Source: Escherichia phage Ec_Makalu_002. Taken from it: a DNA stretch of 64,000 nt. A program made the translations under genes and the position numbers. Location of the stretch: sequence record MN709127.1; one strand, given 5' to 3'. The notes beneath the pieces are model-generated. The model was not told the DNA's origin. It made no database searches and saw nothing but the letters and a program-made list of their open reading frames with translations. Shown one piece after another: positions 34,649-43,667 of the stretch. Numbering within the stretch: the stretch's first letter is position 1; the number at the start of each line of letters is the position of its first letter.

Positions 34649-36892
34649 TTACAGTTTGCAAGATGAACATTCGCTAGCGTCTTCCGTACCATCAGCACCA
34701 TCACGCACGTTAGCGTAATACAGTGTCTTGAGGCCGTAATATTGAGCAAACAGCATATCATCTAACACATCAGCAATATCGACTTTACCAGTCTTATAAG
34801 TGCTTGGATCGTAGGATGTATTGGAACTAATCGCCTGATCTACAAACTTCTGCATGATCGCTGCCAGTGTCAGATAAGGTTTGTTACCTTTCTTGATCAG
34901 TGTCCAAAGCAGGTCAATAACATCAGCATTATTCTCTACGTTCGGAATAACCTGATTAAATTGTCCTTCCTTTGATCCTTTAACCGATACAATCCCGCGA
35001 GGCGGTTCTATTCCATTGGTGCTATTAGATACCTGAGAAGACGACTCACAAGGCATCAGCGCCGATAGTGTACTGTTACGAATGCCATATTTTTTCAGGT
35101 CTTCGCGCAGTTCTTCCCAATCCATCTCATACACCGGGTCAACCAGTTCATCTACTGTCTTTTTGTACCAGTCAATAGGAAGTTCACCGCGACCATAACG
35201 TGTTTCGTGCATCAGTTCGCAAGCGCCCTTCTCTTTTGCTAGCTGCACACTAGCTTTAATCAGAGCATATTGCAAGCGTTCAAACGTTTTATGCGTAAAC
35301 TCGTTAGCGTCTTCATATGTGAAGAAATTATCCGCCAGATATGATGCAAAGTTAGTCACACCAACACCCAGAGAGCGACGTTTCTTAGCTGTCAGTGCTT
35401 GTTTTACAGGATAATCCTGATAATCTAACAGGTTATCAAGTGCACGCACCATAACCATAGCGATCCGCTCTACTTCTTCCATGTTTTCGATATCGAAATT
35501 ACCTAAAACATATGCTGCCAAAGTGCATAGGCTGATCTCTGAATCATCACGACCCATCGGTTTTGTCGGCAGAGCGATTTCACAACACAGGTTAGATTGT
35601 TTAATCGGTGCTACATTACGAATAAACGCCCCGTGATTGTTCATGTTGTCTGTGAACGCTGGATAGATTCGACCAGTGTTAAAACGTTCAATTGCCACCG
35701 CTAAAAACAGGTCTTCGGCTTTAACACGAGTTTTACGCACACTCGGATCTTTTTCCAGTTTTTCGTAAAGCTGGCGGAAACCTTCCTCATCTCGGAAGTA
35801 CAGATCCCACAACAAGCCACCCGCAACATCTGGACTAAACAGAGTAATGTAATCGCGTTTAAGGAATCGCTCTACCATCAGGTTATTAATCTGTACGCCG
35901 TAGTCAAGATGACGAATGCGGTTATCTTCTACCCCTTTGTTGTTCTTCAACACAATAAGACTTTCAAACTCTAAATGCCACATTGGGTAATAGAGAGTCG
36001 CCGCCCCGCCACGAATACCGCCTTGTGAGCATGACTTAACAGCAGTCTGAAAATGTTTCCAGAATGGGATAACGCCAGTATGACGAACTTCACCATACCC
36101 GATCTTAGATCCTTCCGCTCGAATCATACCAGCATTGATACCGATACCAGCACGCTTACTAATATACTTGATGATTGCATTTGCTGTTTCGTTGATGCCC
36201 TGCAATGAGTCATCACTTTCAATCACCACACACGAACTAAATTGTCGTGTTGGAGTACGCACACCAGCCATGATCGGAGTAGGCAGAGAAATTTGCTTAT
36301 TCGCAACAGCATTATAAAAATCAATCACATGTTCAAGTCGATTTTCTGTCTCTTCTTGATGTAAGCACATACCGATCAGCATATAAGCAAATTGCGGTGT
36401 TTCAATGATTTTCTTAGTGCTGCGATCCTGAACAAGATATTTCTCTTTTAACTGCATTGCACCAGCATAGGTCATTTTAAAATCAAGTTTATGATCGATG
36501 AATTTCTCCAGATATTCCACTTCTTCACGGGAATACTTTTGCAGAATTTCGCGATCATATTTTCCGGTTGCAATATTACGCTCAATATGGCTATAAAAAT
36601 CAATCGGTTGGAATTGACCGTATACTGATTTACGAAGCGCGAACATTGCAAGGTTACTTGCTACATATTGATAATCAGGTGTTTCTACAGTAATGTTATC
36701 TGCGGCGACCTTAATCAATACTTTCTGGATATCGTTAGTAGACATACCTTCTGTCAGAAGTGGTTCAACCATATCAAACAATTCATATGGATCAACGTTA
36801 TGACCTTCGGCTGCCGCTTCCAGAATTTTCATTACTTTTTCTTTTTCAAACGGAACAGTCAGACCGGAAGACTTAACAACATTTTTAATCAT
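34649..36892 (-). CDS. nrdA: ribonucleotide reductase large subunit
   Basis: 747 aa; N-terminal ATP-cone region; active-site NLCCEIALPT; C-terminal CSSC. Confidence 0.95.
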   Translation of the reverse strand: MIKNVVKSSGLTVPFEKEKVMKILEAAAEGHNVDPYELFDMVEPLLTEGMSTNDIQKVLIKVAADNITVETPDYQYVASNLAMFALRKSVYGQFQPIDFYSHIERNIATGKYDREILQKYSREEVEYLEKFIDHKLDFKMTYAGAMQLKEKYLVQDRSTKKIIETPQFAYMLIGMCLHQEETENRLEHVIDFYNAVANKQISLPTPIMAGVRTPTRQFSSCVVIESDDSLQGINETANAIIKYISKRAGIGINAGMIRAEGSKIGYGEVRHTGVIPFWKHFQTAVKSCSQGGIRGGAATLYYPMWHLEFESLIVLKNNKGVEDNRIRHLDYGVQINNLMVERFLKRDYITLFSPDVAGGLLWDLYFRDEEGFRQLYEKLEKDPSVRKTRVKAEDLFLAVAIERFNTGRIYPAFTDNMNNHGAFIRNVAPIKQSNLCCEIALPTKPMGRDDSEISLCTLAAYVLGNFDIENMEEVERIAMVMVRALDNLLDYQDYPVKQALTAKKRRSLGVGVTNFASYLADNFFTYEDANEFTHKTFERLQYALIKASVQLAKEKGACELMHETRYGRGELPIDWYKKTVDELVDPVYEMDWEELREDLKKYGIRNSTLSALMPCESSSQVSNSTNGIEPPRGIVSVKGSKEGQFNQVIPNVENNADVIDLLWTLIKKGNKPYLTLAAIMQKFVDQAISSNTSYDPSTYKTGKVDIADVLDDMLFAQYYGLKTLYYANVRDGADGTEDASECSSCKL

Positions 36893-36903
36893 ATTACCTC
36901 ACT

Positions 36904-37206
36904 TCATATATCAAGCGTATTTTCTGGAGTATCGCCGAAAACTCTATTAACGAGATCCGCCAATACTTCACCGTGGCATTTCTTAGGGTAGCAAGTACAA
37001 CCTAAGCGCATATGTCTTAATACTTCTAAATGCGCCCGTGTTATCTCACCATTTCGAATCTTATTATACAACCACTCTTTGTATAATGCAATAGCTTTCT
37101 CTCGTCCGTATTCTTTGGCGGTGTATGGATTTCCCCACATAGTACCACGCTGAATATTAACATCAAAATCGCTATTGTATTTGTTTACAACGCGGCATAT
37201 TTTCAT
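36904..37206 (-). CDS. hypothetical protein, DUF4326-like
   Basis: WGNPY ... LGCTCYPKKCHG pattern as I recall for DUF4326; RBS AAGGAG. Confidence 0.45.
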   Translation of the reverse strand: MKICRVVNKYNSDFDVNIQRGTMWGNPYTAKEYGREKAIALYKEWLYNKIRNGEITRAHLEVLRHMRLGCTCYPKKCHGEVLADLVNRVFGDTPENTLDI

Positions 37207-37218
37207 TTGATACTCCTT

Positions 37219-37236
37219 GCGGGGATTCCTCCCCGC
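37219..37236 (-). other. intergenic GC hairpin (no U-tract) between td and downstream gene
   Basis: GCGGGGAGGAATCCCCGC directly upstream of RBS. Confidence 0.35.
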
Positions 37237-37242
37237 ATTTGT

Positions 37243-38475
37243 TTATACTGCCATTTGAGCGGTGATTGCCGGATGGCTTTGATAGTTGTGAATTTTAAAG
37301 TCTTTCGGAGTTTTTGTCAATACCTCATCTAAAGATTTAAATTCCGGCAACTCAATTGTTGGTTTATCAAACGGAACACGGCTTAACTGTTCCATCACTT
37401 GGTCAAAGTGATTTTTGTAAATGTGAGTATCTCCGCCGGAGAAAATCAGTTCTCCTACTTCGAGATCACACATTTTCGCTATGATGTGAGTTAACAGCGC
37501 ATAGCTGGCGACGTTAAAGGGCAAGCCCAAAAAGCTGTCTACGCTTCGCTGAAACCACATACAAGACAGTTTACCCTCATTGACATAGAATTGCACGAAC
37601 GGATGACATACACCTAATACAGCATTATGTGTTCCTTGTACGTTCCATGAGTCAATAATGATCCGGCGATCCGTTGGATTGTTTTTAATTTGTTCAATCA
37701 CGTTTTGTAACTGGTCTTCCCAAATCTTCGGGCGATAGACATATTCTTCATCGTCTTTAGTGCTCGATGTGTCTATGTCCATACTAGCAAAGATCGTGGT
37801 ATCTGGCGCTAAAATATCCCCGCCTAGATAATCACTATCAAGCAGATAACCGAAATAACCATCATCTACCCATTCCTGGAATCCCCACAAGCAATATGCA
37901 TCATTAACAAAATTAGATTGAGTCTTCCAGTGGTCTGCTACTAAGAATTGATTATATTCAGAATCAAACTCTTCATAACGCATACCACGCCAGATAGCAC
38001 ATAAACGGTCTTCTGTGTCGTTGGTTGGCGTAAAGTCTTCTACCCACGGGTGTTTAAATGTATGTGTATATTTGCTCTTAACGCGCTTAATTTTGATTTC
38101 ACCGTGTGGATGAATCGGTTTGCGTCGCCACGCCATACCATACATATTGCCGACATTATAACCATTGAATCGCAAGGGATTCTTTTCTTTCATATCAAGA
38201 CAGTTGCCGCGCCAAATATCAAATGCTTCCTCGTCAAACTTTCCGCGTGTAATTTCCTGTAAGCGACGGCGGTCAAGTGATCCCTCCATAAACCATAGCA
38301 ATTCGCCAATTACAGAGGCTGTAGCCATCTTTTTAGTGGTCAGTAATGGGAAACCCTTGCTTAAATCAATTCGCATCTCTGTGCCGAATTTAGAGAGCGT
38401 ACCTACCCCCGTTCGGTCTTCACGAGGCCAGCCATTATCAAGAACATCACGCAATAGTTTCAAATATTCTTTCAT
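37243..38475 (-). CDS. td: thymidylate synthase with about 125-aa internal insertion
   Basis: DRTGVGT, DRRIIIDSWN, catalytic CH, QRSVDSFLGLPFNVASYALL, GGDTHIYKNH; 410 aa vs about 265-286 for typical ThyA. Confidence 0.85.
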   Translation of the reverse strand: MKEYLKLLRDVLDNGWPREDRTGVGTLSKFGTEMRIDLSKGFPLLTTKKMATASVIGELLWFMEGSLDRRRLQEITRGKFDEEAFDIWRGNCLDMKEKNPLRFNGYNVGNMYGMAWRRKPIHPHGEIKIKRVKSKYTHTFKHPWVEDFTPTNDTEDRLCAIWRGMRYEEFDSEYNQFLVADHWKTQSNFVNDAYCLWGFQEWVDDGYFGYLLDSDYLGGDILAPDTTIFASMDIDTSSTKDDEEYVYRPKIWEDQLQNVIEQIKNNPTDRRIIIDSWNVQGTHNAVLGVCHPFVQFYVNEGKLSCMWFQRSVDSFLGLPFNVASYALLTHIIAKMCDLEVGELIFSGGDTHIYKNHFDQVMEQLSRVPFDKPTIELPEFKSLDEVLTKTPKDFKIHNYQSHPAITAQMAV

Positions 38476-38743
38476 CCCACATCACCTTTTTCTTATTGAT
38501 TGCTTTCTTACGCAGTTTTGCTACTGTCTCGTCAATATCGATAAAGACAACGCCACGGTTGAATATAGTAGCAGGTCTTGAGATATCGCTATTTTCTTGC
38601 ACAGGAAGCCATGATGCGCTCGCTTCATCATAGAGATATTGTAAACCGTAATAATCTACGGCTACTGCGTAGTTTTCACTGGTAGCCGTCCATAATTGAA
38701 TAATACCGACTTTCATTATTGTTCCCGTCCGCAATGTAAGCAC
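38447..38743 (-). CDS. hypothetical protein
   Basis: ORF track; likely internal start (MKVGIIQLW...). Confidence 0.4.
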   Translation of the reverse strand: MLTLRTGTIMKVGIIQLWTATSENYAVAVDYYGLQYLYDEASASWLPVQENSDISRPATIFNRGVVFIDIDETVAKLRKKAINKKKVMWDERIFETIA

Positions 38744-38809
38744 CGACTACCAGCAAACATCAAAGATTCACCACAATGTTTGCACTCATAATCTGTAAGA
38801 ATTTTCATG

Positions 38810-39379
38810 TTACGCCTTCTTACGTTCTAAAATTTGTTCGCTGATCAGGTAATTATCAAGGAAGTAATTATGTTCTTCTTTGGTTACAAAGTCAAAATAC
38901 AATTCCTGAATCATTTCCTTAGAGATACCAACATCATATTCAAATGGATCGTTGATCCCTGAACGCTGAACATACGTTAACACAATACGGTCCGCAAAGT
39001 CAACCGCTTTTTCAATCAGGGAAGGTCCGCCGATAACACTTACCAAACCTTGCGTTTTCTCCAGGACTTTTAACAGATCCTTTAATTCAATTCCAGTATA
39101 CACATTAGGCTGGTCGCCGTTTTTGGCTTTCGGTGTCGGCTTGCTGGCATCGGTACTAATAACCACATTAAGACGACCTTCCAGTGCTTTAGGGAGACTT
39201 TCAAAGGTATTACGTCCCATTACAACCGCCGCAAGATCAACATCTCCCATAGTGCGCATTTTAAAGTTTTCCATGTCCTTTTTGATTGGACGACCCCACG
39301 GTAAACCACCTTTAAAACCAAAAGCCCAATTTTCATCTGACATTTTAGTGTCACCAATCGCAAATACACATTGAATCAT
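38810..39379 (-). CDS. frd: dihydrofolate reductase
   Basis: 189 aa; GLPWGR-type motif; adjacent to td. Confidence 0.8.
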   Translation of the reverse strand: MIQCVFAIGDTKMSDENWAFGFKGGLPWGRPIKKDMENFKMRTMGDVDLAAVVMGRNTFESLPKALEGRLNVVISTDASKPTPKAKNGDQPNVYTGIELKDLLKVLEKTQGLVSVIGGPSLIEKAVDFADRIVLTYVQRSGINDPFEYDVGISKEMIQELYFDFVTKEEHNYFLDNYLISEQILERKKA

Positions 39380-39394
39380 AATATAAATCTCCCA

Positions 39395-39724
39395 TCAAAT
39401 CAGTTTGAAATAGTTTTCGTTTACATTTTCTTCTGTGATTGCTGTCTTAAATTCAGCTTCATCATCAGGCGAAACATAATAGCGTTCGGAATAATCACGC
39501 CACATTTTCAGTAAGCTAACACCAACATTAACACCGTTTTCCCAGAAACGGAATACAATTTTATGTGCGGTGTAACGGTAATCACTTTGAATCAAGCTAC
39601 CATCCCCGCGACGGGCTTCATAAACCGTAATACATTCACGATTAGCGGCTTTAAGGCATTCTTCAATAGTTCCGCATGAGACAATTTCGGTTGATTCGTC
39701 TACGATTTTTTCTACTGTCCACAT
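39395..39724 (-). CDS. hypothetical protein (109 aa)
   Basis: ORF track; between frd and gene 32. Confidence 0.45.
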   Translation of the reverse strand: MWTVEKIVDESTEIVSCGTIEECLKAANRECITVYEARRGDGSLIQSDYRYTAHKIVFRFWENGVNVGVSLLKMWRDYSERYYVSPDDEAEFKTAITEENVNENYFKLI

Positions 39725-39779
39725 AATATAATCCTCTCTTTGTTTCGATGTTTGTATTATACATCATCTGTATTCGGTG

Positions 39780-40148
39780 TCAACCTTTTTGTTCCATGAA
39801 AAGCGGTGCTGTTTCTTCTTTCAGTTTAATAACTAGCGCGGAAACTTCATCAAGAAAATCTTTTTCCATATGAGCAAGCATTGATTTAGAATCTTTGATG
39901 ACTTTCAAAGAATATTCACTTAGATTTCCTTTTCCTAACAATAATGCAGGATACACACTATGTGGGATCTCGATTTCATGATATTCGCTCATAGTATAAT
40001 ATTTGTGAATTTTTAAATCTATATTTCTTCGTTGTACGTCCACATCAGCAATGACATACAGAAGTTCGATTTTATCACTTTTCTGGGAAAGGGTAGCATT
40101 CAAAAACATTGTTAATCCTCCGTTGTTTCGATGTGTGGTATTATACAT
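39780..40148 (-). CDS. hypothetical protein (122 aa)
   Basis: ORF track. Confidence 0.45.
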   Translation of the reverse strand: MYNTTHRNNGGLTMFLNATLSQKSDKIELLYVIADVDVQRRNIDLKIHKYYTMSEYHEIEIPHSVYPALLLGKGNLSEYSLKVIKDSKSMLAHMEKDFLDEVSALVIKLKEETAPLFMEQKG

Positions 40149-40192
40149 TACCGCGCCAGAATGTCAATACATTTTCATAAAATTTTAGGCAA

Positions 40193-40216
40193 TAAAAAAG
40201 CCTCCCCGAAGGGAGG
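40193..40216 (-). terminator. rho-independent terminator after gene 32
   Basis: GCCTCCCTTCGGGGAGGC followed by TTTTTTATT on minus strand. Confidence 0.6.
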
Positions 40217-40228
40217 CCATAAAATTCA

Positions 40229-41203
40229 TTACATCGCTAACAGAGAATCCAGGTCATCCAGATCAGAAGCGGAGGAAGTACCGCCACCCAGGTCCAGAGA
40301 TGCCATCAGGTCATCAGCGGAAGAATCTAACGCCGTGCTAGCTGCGTTAATACCAACTACAGTGCTAGCTGCGGTAGTACCAGCGTCGAATGCATTCATC
40401 TGTGCGTCAAAATCATCAAGCTGGCTGTTAATCGCTGCCGCAGCACTGGAAGCCGCAGCACCAGCTACCATAGAAACGCCCATAGTTTTCTTAAATTTGG
40501 TTTCCAGTTCATCGAACGGTTTAAACTGGCTAGGCGCTACAATCTCACTCAGATCAACCATGTTTTCCATCAGATATTTCTGATATGCTTCGTCTTCAAT
40601 TTTCGGAAGCTGTGATTGCTGCATGAAACGAGAATCATCATAGTTCTGGTGTTTATCAACCTTCTTAGCTTTCAGGAGGAAGTTAGCACCGGAGAACACA
40701 CAAGTTACATCTACCGGAACTTCGCCCATGTCGGTATTCACGTTAACCATCGCAACGATCTTATCATAAATTTTCTGACCGAAGCGGAATTTAAATACCT
40801 TACCTTCGTTTTCTGGTGCTTGAGGATCTTTCAGTACCAGAATGTTTGCGTAGTAAGACGCTTTACGCTTAATCAGTTGCCATTCGGTTTTATCGGTATT
40901 GTACAAATCTTTTTCGTTAATATATTTGCACACAGGGCAAGAATCAAAATCACCGTGGGTGCTGGAGCAGTTTTCCCAATACCATTTTCCATTAACTTTG
41001 AAGGAATGGTTTACCAGTTTCACAATCGGCAGACCGTCTTCTGTCTTAGACGGCAGGAAGCGAATCAGGGCTTCACCGTTACCTGCTGCATCAGTCTTAA
41101 TCTTCCACTCTTTCGGGTCTTCTTTGGAGAAACCGTTGCCACCTTTCAGTGCGGCCAGTTGAGCTTGCAGTTTGGAAGAATCTTGACGACGGAACATGTT
41201 CAT
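40229..41203 (-). CDS. 32: single-stranded DNA-binding protein gp32
   Basis: FLPSK, zinc site HGD.DSCPVC, acidic C-terminus; aligns with T4 gp32. Confidence 0.95.
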   Translation of the reverse strand: MNMFRRQDSSKLQAQLAALKGGNGFSKEDPKEWKIKTDAAGNGEALIRFLPSKTEDGLPIVKLVNHSFKVNGKWYWENCSSTHGDFDSCPVCKYINEKDLYNTDKTEWQLIKRKASYYANILVLKDPQAPENEGKVFKFRFGQKIYDKIVAMVNVNTDMGEVPVDVTCVFSGANFLLKAKKVDKHQNYDDSRFMQQSQLPKIEDEAYQKYLMENMVDLSEIVAPSQFKPFDELETKFKKTMGVSMVAGAAASSAAAAINSQLDDFDAQMNAFDAGTTAASTVVGINAASTALDSSADDLMASLDLGGGTSSASDLDDLDSLLAM

Positions 41204-41263
41204 AATTATACCTCTTTATATATTAACTATTGATTAATTTACGTTTTATACTATATCAGATAC

Positions 41264-41860
41264 TTAATTGCTTGTCAATATTTTATCAATTATATCTAAC
41301 AGTTTTGGTTTTCTATTTTCAAATTCTAACATCTCTTCGGGAGAAATGTCAACTACTTCTGTTTTGTTGAAAAAGTTTGGGTCTATAGCATCAGCAACAA
41401 AGTTTCTCGCAAGTGCTGCCGCTTTCTCATGAACATATATTCCCAAATATATCAACTTCTTTCTTTCGACCTGAATATTGGCAACATATTTACCATCTCG
41501 TTTATAAAGACTAACGCCGATATATTCAGATGATCGACCTTTCTGTTTACCCATATTTCTTGAGTTTTGTTGCTCGTTCGCATCTCTCAAGTTTTCAATC
41601 CGATTATCTGTTATAATTCGGTTAATATGGTCAACGTATTTTGGCATGTATCCATGATGCATAAAGAAAATTATTCTATGCTCCTTATGATGTTTACCAT
41701 CGATACACACCAATCTGTATCCATGACTAGGATTAACTCCACCCGCTCTAGATCCGACTTTATGCTTTCTGTTTGTCGATATCTTGCGAATCAGCTTACC
41801 GTTATCATATTTAAAGAGTTCATGACAACGGGCATACAATTCAGGATCATATGTTTTCAC
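41264..41860 (-). CDS. HNH homing-type endonuclease with AP2-like DNA-binding domain
   Basis: HHGYMPKYVDHINRIITDNRIENLR (HNH) plus SEYIGVSLYKRDGKYVANIQ (AP2-like); 198 aa. Confidence 0.7.
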   Translation of the reverse strand: MKTYDPELYARCHELFKYDNGKLIRKISTNRKHKVGSRAGGVNPSHGYRLVCIDGKHHKEHRIIFFMHHGYMPKYVDHINRIITDNRIENLRDANEQQNSRNMGKQKGRSSEYIGVSLYKRDGKYVANIQVERKKLIYLGIYVHEKAAALARNFVADAIDPNFFNKTEVVDISPEEMLEFENRKPKLLDIIDKILTSN

Positions 41861-42524
41861 CTTTTAACCTCGATATTTCTTTACACTCTTTAACTACTTT
41901 AACAAATAATGCTCTTGCTTTTGTGGCGTCAATAACAAGTAGTTTCTTGTACGCCTTCATTTTAACACTATAAGTTTGCCAAATCAAGTCTTTGGCTACC
42001 TTGTCGTGTTCGTCGATTATATTTAGAAAGCTATCTAACAACATAAACGACTCAAACGATATAATCCGATTTTGCAGTAGTTTAAAGATACCGCTAGTTT
42101 CGGTTGCGGGATTGTATGTAATTAGCTCTTTAAGAGTAACCCCGCGTTTCTCTGAGAAATATACAAGACTTTTAATGTCATCGTCAAATCGTGTTGCCGC
42201 ATCGGTTATCTTTCCTATGTATTCCATATAAAAGCCGTATGCGTCAACATCAGTGATTTCACCTACCCATGCATCGGTATTAGCTACCAGATTGCTTAGG
42301 AATAGGAAGTATAATTCTCTTAGATTGTACTTTTCCGCTAATTTCGCGAAATAATACTTATCTCTGCGTTTATTGAATGCGGCATCAGATAACCGCATCC
42401 TCCAATTGTATTTTACGCAATCATAACGCCCGTTCATATGAGCTTTCATCATGCAATATAACATATACACAGATTTAGCATTAATTCGCATATCTGGATC
42501 TGGAGGAAGACGGTTTCTGATCAT
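41847..42524 (-). CDS. 59: helicase loader gp59
   Basis: Strong match to remembered T4 gp59 (KSVYMLYCMMKAHMNGRYD, ISFESFMLLDSFLNIID). Confidence 0.9.
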   Translation of the reverse strand: MIRNRLPPDPDMRINAKSVYMLYCMMKAHMNGRYDCVKYNWRMRLSDAAFNKRRDKYYFAKLAEKYNLRELYFLFLSNLVANTDAWVGEITDVDAYGFYMEYIGKITDAATRFDDDIKSLVYFSEKRGVTLKELITYNPATETSGIFKLLQNRIISFESFMLLDSFLNIIDEHDKVAKDLIWQTYSVKMKAYKKLLVIDATKARALFVKVVKECKEISRLKGENI

Positions 42525-42533
42525 ACATACCCC

Positions 42534-42803
42534 TTAAATATCGAGAGTGTTGGTCGGTTCGTCGATCACTCCCTTCCTGAGCGTTCTATTTACTATACAT
42601 TCTTGTGTGATCTTGTCAATAATGGACACCGGAATATACTTCTGATAGTGACCATATTCGATAGAGTTTTCCTCTACAAACTGAGTGGTCGCTTCAAGAT
42701 AAGTCAATCCCTCTTCAACAACCAGTTTTTCGATTGCAAGACCGTTTGCTGTTTTGTTCGCGGCTTTTACCGCATGTTCATTAAGCATTGAACACCCGAT
42801 CAT
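42534..42803 (-). CDS. 33: late-transcription co-activator gp33
   Basis: EEGLTYLEATTQFVEENSIE matches T4 gp33 core; synteny. Confidence 0.75.
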   Translation of the reverse strand: MIGCSMLNEHAVKAANKTANGLAIEKLVVEEGLTYLEATTQFVEENSIEYGHYQKYIPVSIIDKITQECIVNRTLRKGVIDEPTNTLDI

Positions 42804-43056
42804 AGAGTTCTACCGCTTCGTCGCGTTCTGCTTCGAAGGTTTCGCGCTGTTGCTGGTGATATAGTTTAAACAGAATACCCCACATTTTACCATCTACGCC
42901 TAATTCTTCTTTAGCACGCTGTTTGATCTCTTTGATCTTATCGCCATATGCTTCTTGAATGGTTTTCTGATCGCTGGCTTCTTTAATCAGTTGTGCCAGT
43001 GTATTTCCGTGTACTGCTTCATCAAATACTACTTTTTCTTTTTTCTGTTCAGTCAT
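42781..43056 (-). CDS. dsbA: DsbA-like dsDNA-binding protein
   Basis: 91 aa ORF in the T4 dsbA position between 33 and rnh. Confidence 0.55.
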   Translation of the reverse strand: MTEQKKEKVVFDEAVHGNTLAQLIKEASDQKTIQEAYGDKIKEIKQRAKEELGVDGKMWGILFKLYHQQQRETFEAERDEAVELYDRVFNA

Positions 43057-43060
43057 AATA

Positions 43061-43657
43061 TTAACCCTCTTTAGTCATTAATTGAAAACCACGTTCAGCT
43101 TTTGAGATTTCGCTAGGACTTAAATCGTCACCCACATATTCTAGCATCATTTCTCGGATAATGTCAAGTGCTTTTTCATCACCTGATTTTAACTCGAACT
43201 CAAGTTCATAGTGAGCCTCTCCCATTCTTTCGCCGACTTTGCAATAATAGAAAGTGTCTTTGCACATTTCCACTATAGCACCCTCAAGGTCAAGTGTCAA
43301 TGACTTGCGGTATGTCATTACTTGCAATAAAGGAACGATAAGGTCGGAGTTTACGCCTAGACTATCAACATAATGATAGAAATCATCCATTGTTGAAAAA
43401 GTGATTTCTTCTCGGTTGAATAGTCCAGATTCACTATCACCTATTTTGACCATGATCAATGATCTATTAACGTCAAGTCGAGCATAAATTCCTTTTCGAC
43501 GCAGTGCATGATCTTCGGTATCATAATAAAATTCGTGTTTTAGTGTGTTAGCATGATCTACGATATTGTACCCGTCATACATTGCTACCAACAAATCACA
43601 GATTGTTTCGACGCCAATTTGTGAGTGTGCATAGTATTTTAATTCAAGTTCTTTCAT
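43061..43657 (-). CDS. CYTH-like (triphosphate tunnel metalloenzyme) domain protein
   Basis: N-terminal ELELK (ExExK) and C-terminal ELEFE acidic strand; 198 aa. Confidence 0.5.
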   Translation of the reverse strand: MKELELKYYAHSQIGVETICDLLVAMYDGYNIVDHANTLKHEFYYDTEDHALRRKGIYARLDVNRSLIMVKIGDSESGLFNREEITFSTMDDFYHYVDSLGVNSDLIVPLLQVMTYRKSLTLDLEGAIVEMCKDTFYYCKVGERMGEAHYELEFELKSGDEKALDIIREMMLEYVGDDLSPSEISKAERGFQLMTKEG

Positions 43658-43667
43658 ATGTCAACCC

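Noticed and set aside
37243-38475. Intein or intron inside td
   Set aside because: The reading frame is continuous and the insert lacks intein boundary features (N-terminal Cys/Ser, C-terminal His-Asn plus nucleophile) and any endonuclease motif; called an in-frame domain insertion.
38716-38808. Small zinc-ribbon ORF between frd and the 98-aa ORF
   Set aside because: Careful retranslation shows an in-frame stop after 16 codons.
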